A DNA stretch of 61,459 nt, the filler included. It is 4 parts of 4 records of this genome, joined end to end, with 100 filler letters (N's around TTAATTAATTAA, not from the genome) between each part and the next. Parts side by side here need not be neighbours in the genome. Positions count along the whole stretch, not along the records: positions 17,558 to 44,224 come from DRR378314_934; 3 more parts are not named here. The stretch is one strand, 5' to 3'. Position 1 is the first letter of the stretch. The number at the start of each line of letters is the position of its first letter. A program made the position numbers and the translations under genes. Below are positions 18,000-31,797 of this stretch, piece after piece. The notes beneath the pieces are model-generated. The model was not told the DNA's origin, ran no database searches, and saw nothing but the letters and a program-made list of their open reading frames with translations.

Positions 18000-20900
18000 C
18001 TACGCGCTCGCTTCCTGGGAGCGTCCATCTTGGACGCGCACTCGCCACTTCACGGCGCGCAGTGCGTCGGCAGTTCCAGGCTCCGCCGTCCTGTGCTCAG
18101 GCGGAGCCACAGGCATGATGAACGGGACAACGTCAGGGGCATCACCGTCTCCGTCGCCACCACTCGTCCGCAGCGCTTCGCACGCTGCAACATACGCGCG
18201 CATGATCTCGTTTGGTACGTGACGTAGCGCTTCCGCAATCCGAGCGCATTGTGCTTCCTCGCGCTCCAAGTGCGAACAAGCCGCTCGCAAGAACGTGCCA
18301 AAGGCGTCTTCCACGCGGGCAATGTCTTCGTCCATACCCTCCGCGTCCAACGCGCGCAGAAGTGCTCCTGTTTGGTGTACGCGATCAGGCGTCGGCAAAA
18401 TGGCGCGCAGCAGTTTCGCAAGGTACGCCTCCTCCTCGGCAGAGCCTTCGCGCGGCGCCTTGTCGCGCCGCCGCCGCCGCCTCTCGCGCCGGCTTTCGCT
18501 GACACCAGACGCGCCCGTGGCGTCGGACAGAAACGACGACCATGAGGATACGGAAGAGAACGACATGGCAGACATTGCCGATACAATCGAACCCGCGTCG
18601 GAGAACGCATCATCTTCTCCGATCATCCTGCCGCTTGCAGCCGATCCCATCACGGTGGGAGCAAGTCCGTACGGCGCATCGATGCGACGCTGCCGCACCG
18701 CAGCGAGCCGCGCCGCGTGCCGGTCGAGCACACGCGCTTCGGTGCGAGCGTGACGCTCAGCATCGTCCGCTGCATCGTGCAGCAGCGCGCGAAGCGCAGA
18801 TCTTGCACATATTGCACTCTCATTCGAGCTCGAATCGGCACTGTGTGCCGCGGAAGCGTCGTAGCGAGCTGCGTACAGTGCTGCAGCATCCCAGGCGCCA
18901 GCAGCTGCGAGCGCGTCCAAAGCATCATTCGCACTGCCGCGGTCCGCACCGAGTTCCAGCGCTGCCGCTTCGCGAATCCATACCGCACTGCGCGCATCAC
19001 CGGAACTGGATGCCGCCTCGGCGATCTCGAGCACTTTATCCCGCCGATCGCTCTCCGCCAAGTTTTGCACGAGCGAGAGCGCGCGCTCCCAATCGCCCGC
19101 CTCGGTGACACAGCGTGCTGCTCCTTCGCGGGGCGGAGCAGCGGCAACTCCGCCCACTTCCTCGAGTACAGCATCGCATGACAGCGCCCCCGTCAAACTT
19201 TCGTCTCGGGAACGAGCATCGACTTCATCTTCAGAACCTCCGTACGCTCCTTCGCGAAGTGATAGCAACGTGAGAGCTTCTGGAACCGCATTCTCCGGTA
19301 CAGTCCCGACTTGAGCGAGCATTGCTTGCATTTCTGGGGCAGATTCGAGAAAGGCAGTCAGAGCACAGCGAAGGATCATTGCCGGTGAGCATAGCAAAAG
19401 AGAAAATCTGCGCAGGAGCGCCCTTGACCCCGCCGCGCGAAAATTCAGGCCTCTACATGCTTCGAGACCTCAGGAGCCATGGTGCTAACGATCGTTTTCG
19501 CATTCGGCGCTATAGTGAGCACGAAATACGGCAAGGAAAGGCAGGTGAAATGAGCCGCACAAAGACACTCTCACGACACTTACGAACCCGCGGAAGGAGG
19601 GAAAGGGCAGCGCTCACATCAGCGCATATATACACACCTGTCGTCGTTCGATCGGCTCGGAGAAGTGCGCTGGCAGCGGCACGAAAGTCGCCTTCTGACC
19701 GGAGCGACTCCGCGCGGAGGCGTTCCGCCCAGTAGGCCAGGCGGCCGTTGCGCACTGCCGCCGCCGCACCGTGGAGACCGTGCCGGTGTGCAAAGCGGAG
19801 GAGCATCGCGTCGGGTGCGCCCGCATCATCAAGAGCGGCAAATGCACGTTCGGGACGCCGCAGACGCTCATCAATCCGGAATCGCCGCGCGGGCTCGCTG
19901 AGCTCGCGAAGCGATGCGAGAAGAGGCAAGTACTCGCCCGGGTCACGTTGCGAGCGCTGTGCCACCGAGAGCGCGAGCTCGACATCATACGTGCCCAGGG
20001 CAGCATCAAAGAGGACCTCGGCGCTCGTCAAGAAAGTCAAGTACTCGAGAGCATCGTCAAACGTCACCGAGACCGATCGGCTATCGGCGGTTTGCCGCCG
20101 CAGCGTAGCAGTGGTCCGGAGGGCAGCATCGATGTGGCCACGCTTCACATCAGCCACCAGCTGGACGAGCACGGACCGCGGCAAAGCTCCCCCACGACCG
20201 GCAGCTTCCGCGGCATCGCGGATAAGCTCGCACACGCGAGAAACTTTACCATTTCCCGCTGTTTCGCGCGCAGAGCTTGCTGCAGCGGGAGTAGCAGGCG
20301 CTTTGCGTTGACGAAACTCTGCCGCCGTGCCGTGGACCCAGGAAAATTGCGCTGCGCTTCCTTCCGGCGCAGTCTTCGCGGCACCTTCCGAGATGGCTGC
20401 TAGGCGCTCGGCGACACGCACAGGAACGCCAGATCCATCGCGCGGCTCGTGCCACGCGTGCACGATTGCACTGTGCAAGTACATGGTGTGTGCAACATCT
20501 TCCTCGCGCAGCGCTGTGATGAACCCGATTAGACGCTCCGAGGTGGGAACAGCGCGCACAAGCGCCTGCGAGTCAAACGCGTCTGGGCTGTGGTCGTGCA
20601 CGACATTGGCATCGATGCGGTGCCGGCGCGCCGCTTCCAAGGCACCAGCGTAATCCCCTGCGTCCAGCAGCGACCGAATCTGCGTTCCGCACAAGCACCA
20701 TCAAATGCCAGAAACAAGGCCCCAAGACCAATCAGACTGTCGTATGTGCAGGTCCGAAGAGAGAAGGCGAGAGACGGTGGGCAACGATTGCGCATGTAAG
20801 CACGGGAACGCACTCCCCTTTTCGCATCAACCGTCCCGGTCCAGACTAGGTCGCCCATGCGCCTTTCCTGCGCCTGACACCCCTAGAGGATTCATACGCT

Positions 20901-23900
20901 GGGCGCAAACGAGTACGGCGGTGGCAAGCTTTTGACCGACCACAGCAACGTACTTTGGCCAGCACTAACGCGCGAGGATGGATCGCCTCGAGGTTCCCGC
21001 GTGGCATCTGCAGCACCACAGTGGTGGACTCGCTCGGAGCAGCAACAATCAGCGCGCCGGCCTCGACCGCCCGGCGCGAATCGTCGTACGGTTTCGGAGA
21101 ATCCGCGGGTACTTTCCCCGCAGCAGCGGTAAACGCGCGAGCGAGAGCACTGCCACCAGCGACATGGTGCGCATGCAACTGTCCGTCTGCGATATACAGA
21201 AGGAACGGCTCGCTGACGGCGGCAGAGGTGCAGCCGCGCGCGACCAGCGCTCCGTCGACGAGGAGCCTGCCGTCGGCACCAAGCGCCGCCACGTGCCCGT
21301 CGGCGCAGATAAGCACCTGCGTGCACAGCGAGGTCGTGCGAAATACCGCCGAGCAGGAAACCTCCGCGTCTTCTGTGATATCTGCGGAAATGCTATCGTG
21401 CACTGAATCGCCGCATGACTCGACGATCGTGGATACCGCCTCGCCCGACGCAGATCCGATTTCCGGAATCGAGATGCGCACGATTTCTCCGGACAACAGC
21501 GCAGCGACAGCTTCTGTTGCATGCTCTTCTTCGCCGACTGCAGCAGCACACGACGTTGGACAGCCGGGTACTGTTCCGACGACTTTGACCGTTAGCACGT
21601 CATTGTGATCTACGCACGAGGCAAGGGCAACGTCGCCAGACGCAGAAAACAGGAGGCAACGATCTGCTGAAAGCGCGCAGAGCGCCACCGGGACGACACC
21701 TGCTGCGCGCGCAGCGGCAGCGACGGTGCCACGTTCGCTTCCGTTCACATCAACGACCACCCGTTGCAGCATACCGGCCGCATCAAATAGCCACACAGCA
21801 GCGTGCGCTGTCTTGTTGTCGCTACTCGCCAGCGGTGTCACGCTGGCGCACCGCAGTGGAGCGGCTGCTGAGGCCGTGGCGTCAAACAGCGGCGGAGGGA
21901 GAACTCGGCGCCCGAGAAAGCTAATGCGCGCGTGGTTCGCGTCAATCACAACAACGGCGCCAGATGAGCTTGCTGGAGCATCGTATGCCAGCGCAAAGGC
22001 GCGCTCAGTTACACGGGTGGCGCTTGCGATCCGCAAGACGCGCGGCTCCTCTTCGTCCCAAGCTGCCCACTCCACTCCTCGCGTCCCCGCAGGTTCTCTG
22101 TGTTCGTGCTTTAGATACCATTTGTAGTTATCACGATAAAAGACGCGCACAACGGTCACGTCGTCCTCCTGCGCAAGTGAAGATTCAACGGAGTCAGTCG
22201 CACTTGATGATGTGGAAACCGGATCCATCGCGTAGTTGGAACGCGCGTGTGTGACAACGCAAGCCAGAAGCTCCGCGGACGGGCTCCATCCGATCCAGCG
22301 CACCCGCTCGCGCGCGCGCGGTTCCGTCCCGGACGCGACGATACCTCCGGCATCGGATGCGCTCCCGTCCAGCGGGAACGATCCGTGCTCCAGCGTATTG
22401 CGCTCAAACAGCTGAATGTCGTCACGGTGTGGAAGTTCTCGCGGGGCCGCAATAACGGCGCCAGTGGGCTGCCAGGCACACACACTGCCGATCCCGGACA
22501 CGGCAGCACTGGTGGATGCGTGCAGCGTGAACCGGTCGTCGAAAACGCGCAGCATCCCGTGAGCAAGGATGGCGACATACGCCCCATCGCCGCGCCACGA
22601 AATACTTGCACTTGAGCATTCGGAGTGCTCTGCAGAGCCCGTTGCATCGAATTCCGCAACAGGCTCCCATTCTGCGCTCATGACAACGCCCGTCCCGGCT
22701 TTGGTGACGAAAAGTCCGTACTCGCCTGTTGGCGACCACGACATTGCAGCAATCCCTGCGCGGAACGCCCAGACGCGCGACGAACACCGCAGAAAAGAAG
22801 GAAAAATTTCCAGAAATATGTATACAGGCACGGCATGATCAGTAACTCCGTTTGTATTCAACTACGTTGCTTTCCGCAGCAATGCGCTAGTCGTGCAAAA
22901 GGGAACACACTTGCGGCCTCGTGCCGCTCGCGCACGGGGAACTACCGGGGCAAGGACGCCGCCGATCAAGACCTGCGGTCACGAGCAGGCAATTCGCGCG
23001 GTGCACGACCTCGCGCTCCGGTTCCGGTGCACTACTGCCCTATACATACGCTAGCTTCTCTGTGCAACATAGTGCCGCAAAGGGCTCCGTGTTTGGGCTA
23101 TTCTTGCTATGCTGGGACCCTTTGCTGCTGCTGCCATCTGTAAAAGGTGTACAAAGAATGAAAACGGACCTGTATCCAAAGCGCCCATGTGCGTGCACTC
23201 TCGCTGCATCACGTCGACAGTCACAATATCACCTTCATCAAAAGCCACTGCAACAGTGAGTAGAGCGAGAGAGGACAAAGGGCGGCAGGGTGTGCAGAGC
23301 GCCGAGAAAACGTGAGCAATGTATTCCTCTGGCAAACTTCGCAAACGCAGGCAGCCAGCGCAACAGCAAAAGCCGAAACGGCGAACTTTTCCGACGGAGC
23401 GAGCAGTTGGGTCGCCGCTGCGTTTCGTTATCAGAATCTACACGTACCGCAAACGACCCCAAGATCGCTGACGAATTCCGCAGTAACAGGAGTGGCGCCA
23501 GGGGCGGCATCGGCGCTGGCATCAGCGCTCCACCTGCACAACACGCAAGCGCACGAGATGGCGAGCGCGCGGTGCGTGAGCGGATCGCGGGAGCGAACGC
23601 GCGCACTCCGCGCACTACCACAAGGGACACCGCCCTCTACCAAGGCACCCACTACCGGGTTTTCCTCTCCCTATGCGCATCGTCGAAATCAAACAGAGCG
23701 CACCAAAAGAAGAGTTTGCTTCCACCCGCTACCCTCTTTCCTTCTTTTTCGAAAGGAAAACGAAAACAAACAAAAGGCAAAAGGCTGCGGAAAAATAGCG
23801 CTAGAGTTCTTCTGCTGCGCTCCGGCATTTCGCAGGCAGCCCCAGCAGTGGAACCGAGAAAGTCCAACACTTTGCGGAAGGCGAGGCGTAAGCGGAGGAC

Positions 23901-24369
23901 GTTGCTTTACTCTATTTCGCCTCCTTCTAGCCATCGTATGCGAATGAGTGATAGGTATATTTGACTATACGTGTCGTTGATACCACAGCGCCTCTCACTT
24001 TCGCGCCATGATTGCCGGCAATATTCGTGCGGGTGCCTGCGGGGCTTGCGCACGGGAACGACAACCAAGCTCGCCGCACACAGGCGCCGCGCTGTGCTTC
24101 GCGGATTCGGTCGCATCCAAACCCCCTTTCCAATACTGTACCCAATCTCTATTTCTCTCTGGTCAGAAATTCATAACGCAAACGTACAGAGGTTCACCAT
24201 CACAAGCATCAGCCTTGTTGAGAGCGTGCACAGTTCCGTCGCGTAGCACCGCAAGTACTGCGTCGCCAGCGGCGGTCGCACGGCATAGAGCGACAGGAGC
24301 AGCTTCACCGTCGGACAGTGCAGGGGGAAGATCCCAGCTCCTCTCGCCCACAATCCTCAAATTCTTCAT
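18000..24369 (-). CDS. ELP1: Elongator complex protein 1 (IKI3 family), multi-exon eukaryotic gene
   Basis: Frame-compatible GT-AG exons 24188-24369, 23448-23533, 23170-23247, 20954-22755 and 19638-20679, plus a last exon ending at 18000 (acceptor ambiguous). Motifs MKNL, SWSP, SWRGDG, FERN, QMPRGNLE, ALGTYD, SQRDPGEYLP and a Ser-rich then basic C-terminal region. Confidence 0.9.
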
Positions 24370-26044
24370 CCTTATTCACGAAGCCAGTGCTTGCGTGCAC
24401 GAGGTCTGGCTCGCGGCGATGTGTCTTTTCGTGAGTGAGACTATAGCAGTACAGACGACGCGCGCGGCGCAACGCAGCCGCTGGAGAAGGGGTGCCTCCG
24501 CCTGCCTCACGCACACTGCATCGCATTCTGCGAGAGCACACGTAGGTTAACCCTACTTCCAGAGCAACCCCGAGGCTCTGGATACAATAGCGACGAGCGC
24601 GCGCGCCGGCTGTGATGGAAAAGACGAGGGTAGAATGAGCCAAACGGCAACAAAAACTATGGAAAGCAATTCTGCTCTTCTATGCGCGCAAAGAGAGCTC
24701 ACTATGCGTGGTGTCCAGCAAACCTGCGCACAGGGCATTGGTGGCTAAACAGCACCAAGAACGAGGAAGCCCCCCCAAATGAAAACCATATGTCGCCAGG
24801 AGGCTCTTGCGGGCCACGACCACTGTACATCACCCTCCTCCTGCGCCCTCGCGCCACCGTGCCGACCTCCAAGACACTTTCCATGAGCACTTTGGGATCT
24901 TGCACACACACAAAGTTCGCCGAAAATCTTTTGAAGCGCACGTTGGGGCCGCTTTCACAGGCGCATACGTAGGTCCACATTCGCGTACCCAAAGAGCGAC
25001 ATCGGCTTCCTGCCTACTTTTCAGGGGTTAAAATTTTTGTTGCGAAAGTACGCATTTATAAATTGAATTTCACACCGCCGACTGGATCATATCCAACGCG
25101 GAAGTGTCTGCCACAGCGAGCACGCGTCTGGCTTTCAGACGATGCGTTTTCGCCGCCACACACTATTTCATCCGCGGAGACCACAAACCTGCGCCCAATA
25201 TAGGAAACGGAGCGTGTGCAGCGCTTTGCTGCCATGGCGGTTCGAGTCGACGGGCGCGGACATTTCTTGTTCCTTTTTTGTTTTTGTTTTTTTCGATTCC
25301 CTCCCTCTGCCGTTTGAAGCCCGTGGCTTTCGTCTCCCGCACTACCTAAGAGTGAAGCACGCCAGCTACAGCCGAACAGACGCGCAACATGCAAAATAAA
25401 AACTGGCACGTCCTCATGAAACGCGCCGCAAAACGAGCATTAACCCAGCCGGACGAAACAACACATTGCTCTCAACCGTGCACCCTGGGAGCGGTACTGC
25501 CCGTTGTTGTCGGGTCCATGGTTCAAACCCACAACGAGGGGCGGCCTTGCCTTCCGCCTAACTCCCACAGTGTGCACCCCTACCAAGACAACCAATCTCG
25601 ACAAGAAATGACCATTGTACTTCAGCACCCAGCAGCACAGGATGCTAACCCTAGTATCAAACGAGGCTAAAATATATTACACGCTTTCTTTTGAAATATA
25701 TTGAGGTGTATCGACCTCAATATAGGTAACTTACCTAACGCGTGTGTTGGGTGATCAAGAAGGCCCGACGCTTTCAAGGGACGTGAGACATTGCACTTCG
25801 TCCACGCTTCCTTGGAACGCATCTTAATGATGTGCGCGTAGTATTTGTCCGAGGGTGGGGAACGCGGCAACGCGACCCCACGCCTCCTCACCACAATCTA
25901 ATGTACTCCGAAAGAACCTCGGTTTACAAGTTATCGATTTGAGAATGCAAAAAGACATTGTCTTTTCCAACCGTATCTCGGTCGCGTGCAAGGCAGCCAT
26001 GCGCAGATAGATAAGATATCACTTGTATTCAGTCTGCTCGCGAA

Positions 26045-27569
26045 TTACTCCTCGTAAAACACTATCAGATCCTCGTCGGTTCCACGCCGCTTTCGGCCGG
26101 TTTCCAACAGGGCCGCAGCCAGCCAAAGCAGCGAAGAAGCTCCCGGGTCAAGCACCGCAAAAGAATCCCCCTCTTGATTATAACTGGACGAGGAGGGATG
26201 GGAGAATACAGAGAGAGTGCATGTGTGAGCAACCACTTGGAGCGCTGTACGGTGGGCTCGAGCTCGGCCAAGTGAGTGACCAATATATCCAAGGACGTAC
26301 CCAATAAGTACAACGTAGTGACCCTGATACTGGCGCCCGTTCATGATGCCGATGCAATTTTGAACCACAGACGCACTAAACAGCACAATTTACAGGGAAG
26401 GAAAGACGCACGGCTGTTTGTATTAGCATTATCTTACGAAATCGCGGTAGAGGAGCGCAGACAACATTCCGCATATGTGCGTGGAGCAGGGGAGAGGGTT
26501 TCCGTGCAGGAGCCCGCCACTATGGCAGTTGCAGAAATGCCACACTTACCTTACGTTTGCTGGAACATCGGTGTACAGAAGGCACCCTTGGTCAATCAGA
26601 ACAATACAGGCGAACGCTTTGCGTTCGAGAAATAATTCACGCAGGCGCACCAGTGGTACGGATTCCTGCACCACACGCAGGCCAAGCAGCGGAGCCTGGG
26701 AAAACAGCGTGCGCACTCGTTCCGAGTCTGTCGAAAACTCAGAGGAATAAAATTCTTCGCTCGCATACTGTACAAAGCAAGTCAAGAGCATTGTGTAGCA
26801 CACGACTTGCGTGAGGAACTGCATTCGCCCAGAAGGAGGAACATGGCGTCCCAATAGCGCGCCCTTGCTTCCGAACGCAAACAGTATGCATACGATGGCT
26901 TCAATGCCGACGATATGCCCGCCGCGCCGACAACAAAGGCCCGCACGATAGAGCGACAAAAAAGGATTGAATTTCTGTGCACTACCGCATGGTATGCCAC
27001 AAAGCGCAATGTAGTAGAGCAGAAATAGTAGAAGTGCTCCAACGTTAATCGCCACGCCACCCCAAGCATTGTCTCGTTCCGCTGCCGCGTGCAAAATGAG
27101 GAATGCTTTCAAAAACGTATCGCCGGGGCATTCAGATATAAAAATTTCCCAATAAAAAGAGCCAGGGTAATAGTTTCGTCCAGGCAAGACTGGCATCAGG
27201 TACAGCGAGTGCAGATGAATCTTTCTAGGTAATCAATGCGTGCACCGGCCTGAAAGTCCCGCGGTTGACTCGCAGCATTAGAGGACACGGCAAGGCGGCT
27301 TTGTCTGGCCGCCGCGTCGAAACACGCACCTCGGGATCGGCACCAACGGTGACGGTGTAGAACTCAAAGTGTGCGCCTTCGCGAAGAAGAGCATGAGCCA
27401 GATCGATCGTCCATACCGACTGAACTCCGATTTTGGCAGCTAAGTCAGCTCGTGTCGTCCGGCGCCCGATGAACCGCAGGACCATCGCGACACAGCACAC
27501 GCCGCAATCCCAAGACTCCTGCTGCTGCACGAGCATCCACGTCCGCCCGTGCTCATCCCGAAGTCTCAT
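26045..27569 (-). CDS. GUCD1-like protein (guanylyl cyclase domain-containing 1 / plant GC1 family), 4 exons
   Basis: Exons 27330-27569, 26550-26767, 26301-26375 and 26045-26183 join in frame; motifs Q..SWDCG..C..M, SVWTIDLA, YQGHYVV..GY, DP and GTDED. Confidence 0.85.
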
Positions 27570-30348
27570 GACACAGCTGCGTGCCAAACGGAGGGGGGCT
27601 ATCGCTTTTGATACACAAGCGAAAGAGAATGTAATTTTCCGGTACCCGCGACTCACTTGTCCCACAGGCACATTGGGCAGCGCGATGCACCACGATCGCT
27701 TGTGACCCGCAATGCGCACAAACGAGGCGGAAAACTGCGGCTGCCTCCTTTTTTTGCTGTCGTGCTCGGCCGCACAGCACTACAACGAAGGATCTTTTTT
27801 GCTCCAACCGAGATGTGGACAGACTCGATCACCGGTTTCTCGATACGGTGACGTCCAAACCGCACTCGCCAAACGCCTCGGGCAGAGCCGAGTACAAGCG
27901 CCCTGCAAAGCACAGCACAAACTCGGTGCGCGCGCGAGAGCGGAACAGCGAGTGTCGCGACGCTGAGCCGGTGATTCTGCGCTTGACACTGCACGCTACC
28001 GGGCGCGCGGCTCGCGAAGAGAAAGCGTTGGAAAGCGCTCAATGAGAAAAGTGTGGGCAAATGAAAACGTCAAGTCGGTTGCCCGGCGAGCGCGGTTTGC
28101 CCAGAATGGCAAAGTGGAAGCGCACTCCGAGCCACCTGTAGCAGATTCCCGATGGACAAGTGCAGCACGAAAGCAAGAAGAAGAGTGAGCAGAGGTGCAC
28201 TCTTGCACGCGCTACACAGCAGCCCGCCACGTCCTCCTGCAGCTCTGCGCCGCTCCTGCTCGAGCGAGCCAATATCTTTCACTCCGCAGACTTGACTCGA
28301 GCAATTTTGCAGTGTGTCATTCTTGGCCAGTGTGATGAAACGGCGCTCCGGCGAGCAATACCGACGGCACAGCACGCCGGCAGCTTGAGACGGCGAGCGC
28401 GGCAACCTCGCCGGTCGCCCGACAACGCTGCCCTGACGAAAAGGAAGTCGCACAGTACATTCGTTGCCGCTGCAGCGCCTGCAGCGGCCACCGCAAGCAC
28501 ACAACCGGGCAGTGCACTGGAAACTCTGCACGCTGTTACTGTACGCGATCCCCGATAATTACACAAACACGCTACACTAGTTTCAATACGGCTTTCGTCA
28601 GCAACGACACCCGCGGTACGCTTTGCAACTCGCCTCGCGGCAGAGAAAAAAGAAGCTCTTGCCAGCGGTGATGTGCGTGCTGACAGTGGCAGTCAGCGCG
28701 ATCGCAAGCGCAAAGACGTGCTGCTTGCAGCGACGACGAGCGCGCAAGCGCCGCGGAGGTACGCAGTCGCGGCCTCCCAAGCTGGCTGGCTTGAGCTACG
28801 CTACCTAATTCTTTGGTGTGCGCACAACACACCCGCTTTCGCCACAAGAGAGCGACCTGCGTCATTGCATAAACATGTGGTGAACTTTCCCAATATTCTC
28901 ACGGTGCACGAGGCCGCAGCAAGGGGGTGTGGAATACTCGCTGCAGTCTGCTGCTCCTTACGCGCACAGCCGATCGCCACAGCGGTCAACACGCAGCTTC
29001 GCGGCGGTGCACGTGCGTGCGCACACCAACGGAGAAAACATGCGCAAAGACTCCCTTTGCCGCGCTACGAAATTTCCAAAGGCACCCGGTTTTCTCCTCG
29101 CTAACCACACACGCTGCGGATACTATGTGTCTACAGCCAATCAACACGTGTGGCAAGTCAGGTTTGGCCTCCGCGCGATCGTCTGAAAAGCGGAGCTCCC
29201 CAGCAAGGAGCTGTGCAAAGGGCGTCTGAGGCAGACATAGGGCTTCTGCCTCCGCTACGGCGCCGAACAGCGGGGAAGTGCTGCCACAAAGGGCTCTTTT
29301 CCTCGCGATCGATCTCAACGGCAAAGCAGCCAGCAATACGATGCAGCTCGCATGTACAAGAAACGAGCACGAACAGACACGTACGTGATCTACAAGAAAT
29401 GCTACGATCTACTTTGCACTGCTACTAGCGAGAGAAAGCGCGTCAGCTCCTCGGCTGCAATCGCAGAGATGTGCGAAGCCAAGCGCGCAAAGCAGGTGAG
29501 CGCGTGCACAGACTACTTTGGTTCAAGCGCTGCACCGGAGCCGCTGCGATCGCAACGCGCAGGTGCTGCCAAGGACCCTGCGCGGCACTGCGCCGCGCTG
29601 CGATCCCAGCACGCAGAGCATCGGAACGGCAGGCATGTGCCCGCAGCAGCGCCGCATTCAGTAGCGCGCCGCATATCAACGGAAAAAAATCCCTCGGTAC
29701 ACACCTTTCTCGCAGAGAAACGATGTCTGAGCGCTGCAAGTTGCCCGCAGGGGCCCACACCTGCTGTAGCTGAGCTTCGGATTCCTGCAAATTCACCCGA
29801 GACGACAGCGACCACCAAGTCAAGTGCCAACCCGAGAACTCCGCTTCATCCGCGCGCAACCGACCACCACCACAGCGAGCTGCTGCCCCGCCCGGCCTCT
29901 GTTCGCACAGAGGATGCAGGAAGCAGAGCGAAAGGATATTGGGCGCGGCTGCGCCCCAGAATTCACACGAAGCTAATTCACGCGCACTTTTAACTTTAAA
30001 TTTTCACAATGTGAGGGGAAGGGGAAAGGGTACGAAGCTGTTCTATCTTGGCGTAGTTTTCTTTGCATGTTGCAACGTTCGGAGGGGACGCCGCTGTCTC
30101 TGACCTTGGCAAGCGCTTGGACAGGCGGGCAGAAAGCACAGTGCGCTGACTGAGTGAGTAGGGTAGTTTGTCTGATCAAATAATTCTCCTATGTACTTGT
30201 ACAACATCATTCCCGTGCGTCTAATTGATCGCTCTGTCAATCCGAAGTCCATGCTGCATGGCCTATCCTCTTGGATTGATGCCCTCGCGTGCTGCAGCGA
30301 GAGCAACCTCTTTTCCTCTCTCTCCCTCTTTTCCTATTGCTCAACGAC

Positions 30349-31797
30349 ATGGTCCGTTCTGCACCACGTGCCGATTCCGCTCCAGATTGCTCCACGTTTT
30401 GCAGTTTCTGAATATCCATTGCGAACTTCTCTGTACTGCGCGCGATTGCATGGTGCACGTAGTGTCACGAATGCTGCAGTTTGGACGGACACAAGCGCAC
30501 AGTTGCGCACGCCAGGAGACTCGTTGCTGCGCGCATACGTGTGCCATACCTTGGTGCTCGTGCGGTGCCTGCGCGCTCACAAGGTGCAGCCCCTTGTCTT
30601 CTTTTTCTTTCCTATTCGTTCTTTCCGCGCGTGCGTACTGATCCTAGGGTGTTGAAATCGAAGTCAAGCAGCCTGGCGACGGCACAAACTACCCGGCCAA
30701 GGGCCAGACGGTCACGGTCCACTACACGGGAACGGTACGACTCCTCACGCGCACGAGACGAGAAGGTGGCAAGGGGCCGCTGCGACAGCAAAGTGCCCGC
30801 GACAGCCGCCAGCGCGTATCCCGCACGCACGCCGATCGTCTCCTCCCCGTGCCGCATTCCGCTGCGCTCGCGCTTTTGGTAGGAGCAGTGTGATTGCGGG
30901 AAAACCCGCGCTTCTGCGTAGTGCCATTGCACCGTCATTCCCTGAGCAGGTATCCTCCGAGCATTCGTTCGCAGGCTGGTGCAGTGCTTTCCGCCTCAGT
31001 CGTCCGTGCCGTGCCGTGCCATACCCACAGTTTGAGGAGCGGTGCTCGCGCTCACGGCATTCGCTCGCAATAGCACGAACACCAAAGGACAATCGTTCCC
31101 TTTTCAAGCATAAATTACCCTCATGCATGAATTGGGTTCGCGAAACAAGTTTTCGCTGCGGAAAAATTGCCGCTTCGTAGCTTGCTTGGCAGCTCTGGGA
31201 CGACGCGCGCGAGTTTTCGCCGTCTTGCCTGCGAAGCAGGAGAGGGGCCTGTCGCGCCGCGCGCAGCGACAGAATTGTGACTTCGCGTGGCCCACATTCG
31301 ACACCCGTCTCCATAAAAATGCCTGCATGCTGCCGTGATGGTTTACACTTTGTTCTACTTTTCTTTATCCTGTGCGTGTGCAGCTGCAAAACGGGTCCAA
31401 GTTTGACAGCTCGCGCGACCGCGGCAAGCCGTTCCAGTTCAAGCTTGGAGTCGGTCAGGTCATCCGAGGTACATTGTGCTCGCACAACGGCTCTGCCCAC
31501 TGCTTTCCTTCCTTTTTTTTCCCTTTTTGTATTGTCTGTGACGGCGCTCCCAACTCTTTCATGAGACAATGGTGATTTTGCGGTTGCTGACAGAAGAGGA
31601 CGGCGCTGACGCGTGCGCTCCCGCTGCCTGACGGACGTTGTGCAGGATGGGACGAAGGTGTGTCGAAGATGTCCAAGGGAGAACGCGCAGTGCTGACGAT
31701 CTCGCCCGACTTTGGCTACGGAGCCAACGGTATCCCGGGCGTCATCCCCGGCAACGCCACGCTTATTTTCGATGTTGAGCTCATCTCCTTTGCGTAG
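30349..31797 (+). CDS. FKBP12: FKBP12-type peptidyl-prolyl isomerase (108 aa), 4 coding exons
   Basis: Inferred ATG-only first coding piece 30349-30351, then exons 30648-30734, 31384-31468 and 31646-31797; motifs [24 protein letters not shown] and [13 protein letters not shown]. Confidence 0.93.

Noticed and set aside
17241..18100. Apparent bacterial-eukaryotic junction (ccoN next to ELP1) suggesting a large horizontal transfer
   Set aside because: The junction is an artificial linker and ccoN is truncated at it.
18000..22861. Three large separate ORFs read as a novel operon or a frameshifted pseudogene
   Set aside because: They are exons of one ELP1 gene joined by canonical GT-AG introns.
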